Positions 57,971-64,000 of a stretch of 64,000 nucleotides of DNA are shown piece by piece. Source of the stretch: Peribolospora baueri (taxonomy: Eukaryota); NCBI GenBank assembly GCA_029717555.1, contig JAMDHS010000001.1, positions 372,001 to 436,000 of the forward strand, given 5' to 3'. Made by a program: the position numbers and the translations under genes. Every line of letters starts with the position of its first letter. Position 1 is the first letter of the stretch. Under the pieces are notes generated by a model. That model saw nothing but the letters and a program-made list of their open reading frames with translations. It had not been told where the DNA came from and did not search any database.

Positions 57971-58489
57971 ACCTTCACCTGCGGTCCTCCGGCACCGGTC
58001 TACGGGTAGGCCTTCTTTTCACCTTTCATCTCCCCCTCCTTGGTGCTCTCTAGCCCGCAGCGCAGACGTGTACTTCGCCTGCTCCAGAGTCTCCTTGAGC
58101 CTTTCCTTTTTCCTTTCCTTTCTCGGCTTTGACGGCCATAGTAGTTTGGACCAACTTGAACACTTGTCTCAGTTTCGCCTTTCTTCCCCTTTCTGCTGGC
58201 GGGCGCCTTTTTTGTTTCGTTTGCGATTTTCAACCCCTCTTCTTCGCCTTCTTCCCTGTGTCTTCGCGCTCCTATACACGTCTTTTTGGAGCATGGTGTT
58301 TCTCTTGCCTTGCCATCTGATGTACCTGTACTCGCGGTGAACCCGTGTAATTCTCGCAATACGCATGGAATCTGGAATCCGTCTCAGGACGCGATCAAGC
58401 GCATGGCGCAGCGGCGGTTGCCGCAGCTCAGCGAGGTCGCACCGCCCGGAAAGCCGACCGAGTCGTAAACCCCTCTACTTCGACTGTCA

Positions 58490-58543
58490 CCTCGTCGAAC
58501 GCGCAAGTCAGACGTGCCTCGTCGAACGCGCAAGTCGGACGTG
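58490..58543. repeat. 27-bp tandem duplication upstream of the C2 gene
   Basis: CCTCGTCGAACGCGCAAGTC(A/G)GACGTG x2. Confidence 0.85.
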
Positions 58544-58673
58544 CGAAAGGCCACATCTATTTCTGTGGGCGCTTTCCGTTCTCGTTGGGTCGAGAGCAGC
58601 TGCTATCCAGCCGTCTACCTGCCCCATTTCCGTCCGCATTTCGCCATCTTCTTGTCCGCGCTGTTCTGCCGCC

Positions 58674-60925
58674 ATGGCCGCTACTCCGCCCAATGGCGAC
58701 TTCAAGAAGCTCGGCACCATGGTGTGCGTCGTCCTCAAGGGGGTGAGTGCGCTTATTTCTTATTTTCCCTCCATTTGGATTCTCACGGCAACTATGTTCA
58801 CGCCTGACTTTCCGTCCGGGTGATCGGGAATGTTTCCTATACCTGCACCCAGCGTAACCTGCCTAACAAGCGCAGCATCGTGAGTCGCGCAGCTCTGGTT
58901 TGCACGTCGGGAGACCATGGATGAATGCCTAACTACTATGAAAGGAAGTCTTACGTTTGCTCTTTCCTTCGGCTCTCCCGTCCCCATATGTTTATGAACT
59001 CCAGGGTAAACAAGATCCGTACTGTGTTGTGAAGCTCGGCCATGAAACGAAGAAGACCCGGGCGGACAAGCGCGGTGGGCAGCATCCAGTGTGGGACGAG
59101 GAGCTCCGTTTCGACATTTTCGAGGATCTTGAGGACGCTCTGAAGAAGGGTCTCGAGCCGGACGGCTCTGGTGAAACTCCGGGATCTAGCAAGTCTGCCA
59201 GTCCGGCGCCTGGAGCGAAAGCCAGCGCAGATGCGACGACGAAAAGGCCAAAGGCTAGCGCTAAGTCGCTTACCATTTCATGCTACGCCGATGATGCGAG
59301 GGATCCCGAATTCATTGGAGAAGGTTTGGTCGACCTCACGGACACGCTGAGGAGTGGGGAATTTGATGGTGAGCTTGTTGCTGTGGTTGACAGGAGTTGG
59401 TGGTGGAGAGGGAGTGAGCTAACGTTTCCCGGCGCTCCACGAATCCAGAATGGGTGCCTATCACTGCCAAAGGCCGCTATGCCGGGGAGATATACCTTGA
59501 GCTCACGTTTTACTCCGCGGTGAGTGGGCATTTATCTTCATAGCACTAGCGGAGCGGGCCTTCCCAACACAAGATCATTTTCATCGTCTCCGCAGGCACC
59601 GCCCCCAGTGAAGAAGACGGTGCGGCCCACAAATGCTGAGACTGGCACTTATGGAGGCGCCGGAACGTTTGAGCCGTTTGACGTACCCTTCACGACAAAT
59701 AAAGGCCCCTCGCATCCCCCGATCCCGTCTTCGATGCGGCCTGGACCAGCAAATCGGCGACCGAGTAATGTTGTTGCCGTAGGCTCTGACTCTCCAGTCT
59801 CTCAAGCACGCTCAGATGCGCCTGCTGGTGAAGTAATTGGAGAAATACCACTTGCGCTACGGCCAAGCTCTTCTCTGGCAAGTCTGAGCGTCTACAATCC
59901 ACCATATGCCCCTGCAAGTACTCTTCGCTCTTCAAGCCCTGCGCCTTCAGGTTTTAGCTCGATTTCAGAGCAGTCTTCTCGCCGGCTAAGTATGCCAGTG
60001 AGTGTTAGGTTCGGTTTGGTTTATTACCCTTACGCAGGACTTCAATAACTTATCTTATTTTTCCCCTTCGCTTCAGCTGGGTGACGGCTATGCCGATCGG
60101 CCCCCAAGGCCTGTCTCCCCAGCAATGCCTCAGACAACGGTGCAAGCGTCGGCGTCGGTACTTGCAAGCGATCCTCAGTTTGCTAACCCACCGCCGTTTG
60201 TGCCTTCCACGATGAATGCCCAACAATACTATCGAGCTCCATCTCCGGCCCCTCCTAGCCTTCTTGGCGCAGGATGGACGCCACCGCCAGTGTCAGGGCT
60301 TCCTCCTGTGACTTCTGCTGCTTCCACGCCGTTGAACCCTCGTCCCCTTCCAATTCCAACGTCAACCGTCTCTCATATCCCTGCATACCCAAATCACATG
60401 AACCTTGTCCCTTCCTCCTTCTCGCCTTCGCCGATGCCATTTCTGCCTGCTAGCGGCACTCCGCAAAACGGGCAACTACCGCCTCCGCCGCCTCCGCCGA
60501 CGCAGAGCTCGTGGCAACCCCCGCCGCAACAGATACAAAGCCCATGGCCACCCGCTCTGTCGTCACAATACCTGCCACCACCCCCGCCCGGACTACTGCC
60601 GCCTCCCCCTCCTCCACTCGGACAAGGATCGTGGCAATCTCCGCCACATCTGCTGCAAGGTCAGTGGCCGCCCGCTATGTCAGCACCCTACCCACCTCCC
60701 CCCCCGCATGGGTCTTTCTCGCCTTCGCCGGGTTCAGGTCCAGCTGCCAGTTACCCTCCTCCGCAAGAGGGGCAGCAGCTGCCGCCGCCCCCTCCTCCGC
60801 CGACGCAGGGTTCATGGCAACCTCCGCCGCCGCATGTACAAAGCCCATGGCAGCCCGCTCCGTCAAACCCATGGCCTCCCGCTCCGTCATCACATGCGCC
60901 CCCACCCCCGCCTCGGCCGGTGTGA
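58674..60925 (+). CDS. N-terminal C2 domain protein with proline-rich tail (Inn1/Fic1/Cts1-like cytokinesis protein; multi-exon)
   Basis: GTMVCVVLKG/RNLPNKRSI/GKQDPYC...KRGGQHPVWDEELRF...GEIYLELTFYS; PxxP-rich C-terminus. Confidence 0.85.
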
Positions 60926-61732
60926 TAAAAAAGAAAGATTGGACTCTTTCCTGGAGCAGATGCCTGCTTGCAAATACGATCGTGTCTTGTAGCATCCGCC
61001 CTATTGCGGCATAGTTTAACGTGGACTATTCTAGAAATACAACCAGTGTGTCGCCTGCGCGCACGCGCGCAGGTCCCCCCCCTTTTTTTTTTTTAAGAGG
61101 TTCGATACGACAGTCTCAACGGCCGCCAGCCTTGCGCATCTCGTCCGGTAGCGACGGCGACTGAGAATAAGCTACTGCCGACATGGTAAGAGGTTCGATA
61201 TACCGTAAGAGGTTCGATACCACAGTGTCAACAACACTGGATGAAACAGACGCGGGGGCGCTCGATCTATTTTATAACAGTCCAACTGGACCCGGCCACA
61301 GACACGCCTCGTGCGGAAGTGACCATGATGACCAATCGCCATCTTCGAATCGAGTGCAGATGACCAAGAGGAAACTCGCTGGACGGCCGCACGTGACGCC
61401 GGGAGAGAGGGGTTACCAAAAAAAGGAAGCAACGGCGGGATCAAACGAACATTTTATATTATTTAGATTTGAGCCGTGTTGGGGCCTTATCATCCAGATG
61501 GCTGTACCTGGGACTATAACCTATTCATTGCAGTACAAGCGACGAAAGCAGCCAGTAGGCAGGGAAGGTATGAAACGAGACGATAGGCAGTTGCATGGCA
61601 TGGGAGGAATCCAGTGGAAAGGAGTTGGCTCTCGCTGGAGCCCTTCGTCGCCGCATCACATAGCCGGAAATCGTCCTTGATTTGCTATCAGTCCAAGTGG
61701 CCGTAATTTGAAGCGACGCCGCAATAGTCGGA

Positions 61733-62465
61733 TCAGAACAGGAGTCGAATGACCTCGAAGAAAACTGCAACGCAATGGCCGTGGGGATGGGTAGAGGTAG
61801 CGGAAGAGAGGAAGGGAATCGTTAGTTTCATTGCTCGAGCCACATAGGAGCTACCTACCACATGATAACAGCAAGGCTGAAAGACATAGTAGCAACTATC
61901 ACACCCAACCTAGTGCTATTACCTAAACGGTCGGCCATGCAGAAACCAGACGGAGAACAGAACGAATGCCGTACCACGAGACCATTGCACTCACCCCCGC
62001 CAATGACAGCAAAGCAAATGACCAGAAGTGCCCACAGAGGAACTGGTGATTTCGTCTTTTTAAGTTCTTGCTGAGAGGGCTTGACCGGCGGACGGCCTGC
62101 GCGGACGTTCTTTACGAACTGCGTGGGGAGGTAAGACCATTACGTGTAAGTGCGGTGCGAAACGCACGCGACAGAGGGAGAGGTCAGCCGTCGCACTGAA
62201 GAAATGGTTGGCGACAAACGAAGCAAAAGCGAGGAAGAGGTTTCCCAATGACGGAGATGCGAAAAAGTCGTCCCGCTCAGCCAGCCAACTCACCTTCTCG
62301 TTCTTCCTTCGAATATCAGCTCCGGTCGGCTGGTGGCCAGGTTACGTCGTTCGGTCGGGAAAGAAAGACGATACGAGCAGAGAAGACCAGCACGTCAACC
62401 ATTAACTCTCGCATTCAAGTGAGAGTGTCGAGTTTCATGGAGAGGCATCCTTTATATCTTACCAT
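61733..62465 (-). CDS. YSY6: RAMP4/SERP1/Ysy6 ER translocon-associated small protein (4 exons)
   Basis: Spliced M|PTGADIRRKNEK|FVKNVRAGRPPVKPSQQELKKTKSPVPLWALLVICFAVIGG|VFFEVIRLLF*, with GT-AG introns and a C-terminal TM anchor. Confidence 0.85.
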
Positions 62466-62759
62466 GTTGATGGGGAGGGCAACGAAAATGAAAAGGGGAC
62501 CGAATTGTGAGTTCTTCCTGTGCAACATTCTGAGCCACGTCTAGCCACGCTGGCATGTGCGGGGAGGCACGTGACGGCGCTCAGAGGGGGAATGTCAGTC
62601 TTAACAACCATCTCGTTCGAAATATGAATCGGCTCATTCGACATATCGGCGAGTGGCAGTAGCAGTTTGTCTCATTCCTCAACTTCGATACATCTACGGT
62701 GTGAACGAGAGCTCGCACAAAGAAAAGGGAATGTGGATGGGAAAGAGTAGCTCTACATT

Positions 62760-64000
62760 TCAGAGGGCGGAGGCACCTGGAGATTTTGGAAAAGGGTGTA
62801 GAAACGAGCTTATCAATAACAAGGCGAAACGGGCACGCATGCTGTCGACTCGAGCACTCACCAGTGATAATGTCGACAAGCCTGGAAGATGACGGGACAA
62901 AAGTGGGCGTGAGCAAATGGCAAACGAACTTCGCACAGACCCGTAGCAGTGGAGGAAATGACCCACTCAGCCGTGATGGTAGCCTGGCGACCACGGTTGT
63001 ACTGCATCTGAAGGGAGACAATCATGTCACCGGCGTTCTTAGAGGCGTTGTCCATGGCGTTACGCCTGCACGCGGTTGGTAAAGAACGAGTGTGAGTAAT
63101 GAGCCAGGTACGACTGGAATCACGTCCTCAAACACGTAGACCACCAGACTCGACTCACTTGGCGTTGATCTCGGCAGCGTGACCCTCGGCGAGGGCGGCG
63201 TAGATGGCGTTGGCAAGCGAGAACTCGACGAGGTCACGAGTGACGTCGTCCTCCTGCTCGTAAGCCTTGAAGTTGGCTGAAATTGAGAGAACGCCAAAAT
63301 AAAGAAAGGAGTCTGCGTAAGCAAGAGCACGTGGGTTTTACTGACCGAGTCTCAACGTCCAGCAACTCACGGGCGTTCCGGAGCGCCTCCTCATTGAAAG
63401 CCTCCAGCTTGGCAGGCTCGTACGACAGGGCAGACACGAATCGGTTGTAGATGATTTGAACCTGGGTTAAGAATAACATCCAAGACAAGCAGAGGTTTGA
63501 GTGGATGGTCAAGGAGCCTCAGAGAAATGACAACGCACGTTGTCATACTCGACGCCGCTCTTGACGATGGTGTCGGCGATGGCACAGGCGTCAGCAAAGG
63601 TGGGCACGTCCTTGCCGAGCTGATTGAAGGACATGGCGATCTGCTGCGGCGCGGCACGGGCGAGCTGGGCCTTGCTCTTCTCGCCAAGCACGATGACCTT
63701 GGGAGCTTCCTTGCTGTCCTTGCCGCTAGCCTTCACGAGTTCAGCCTTGTAGGCCTTGGTCACAGAGGAGTGGATACCACCGCAAAGACCCTTGTCGGAG
63801 GAAACGACGACGTAGAGAATGCGGCCGCCCTCGGAAGCGACAGCTTCTGCGTTCTTGAAGACCTCTGCATTGGTCGGGCAGGAAGGCGTGCGAGGCCAAA
63901 GAGCTCGGTGTTAGCGATGTCCGATGACGGTTCCGTGTGATCGAGACCGAAGATGTCGGATCGACGAGGAGAGATGATTTGCTCCTCACCTGAGTTGGAA
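62760..64000 (-). CDS. ATP3: Mitochondrial ATP synthase F1 gamma subunit, 3' part (5' end outside the window)
   Basis: [38 protein letters not shown]...[36 protein letters not shown]. Confidence 0.95.

Noticed and set aside
22190..64000. ATP7 and ATP3 as a functional gene cluster
   Set aside because: About 40 kb apart with many unrelated genes between them; likely coincidence.

Overview
Intron-rich, GC-rich eukaryotic DNA, most likely from a basidiomycete fungus; exon boundaries were read by eye. From 1 to 38.4 kb the window is gene-dense: SMC3, a NCL1/TRM4 tRNA m5C methyltransferase, a PARN/CAF1-family ribonuclease, a division-1 chitin synthase, an EFM6-like methyltransferase, a small membrane protein, ATP7, a Dicer-like gene, an HhH-GPD glycosylase, an SR-rich protein, ERB1 and ARP4. 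A pogo/Tc1-type MITE also sits here. From 38.5 to 55.1 kb lies a cluster of decayed, mosaic Ty3/Gypsy LTR retroelements around a G-patch/DUF4187 gene. One is a TSD-flanked mini-LTR element carrying a nested self-priming chromovirus and foreign fragments. Another is a 7-kb composite flanked by a ~175-bp direct duplication. It carries an apparently captured RFX transcription factor (DNA-binding plus dimerization domain) directly upstream of a PPT and LTR. From 55.6 to 64 kb are an ATF1-like bZIP gene, an Inn1/Fic1-like C2 protein, a tiny RAMP4/YSY6 gene missed by the ORF track, and the 3' part of ATP3. No rRNA, tRNA or CRISPR array was seen.
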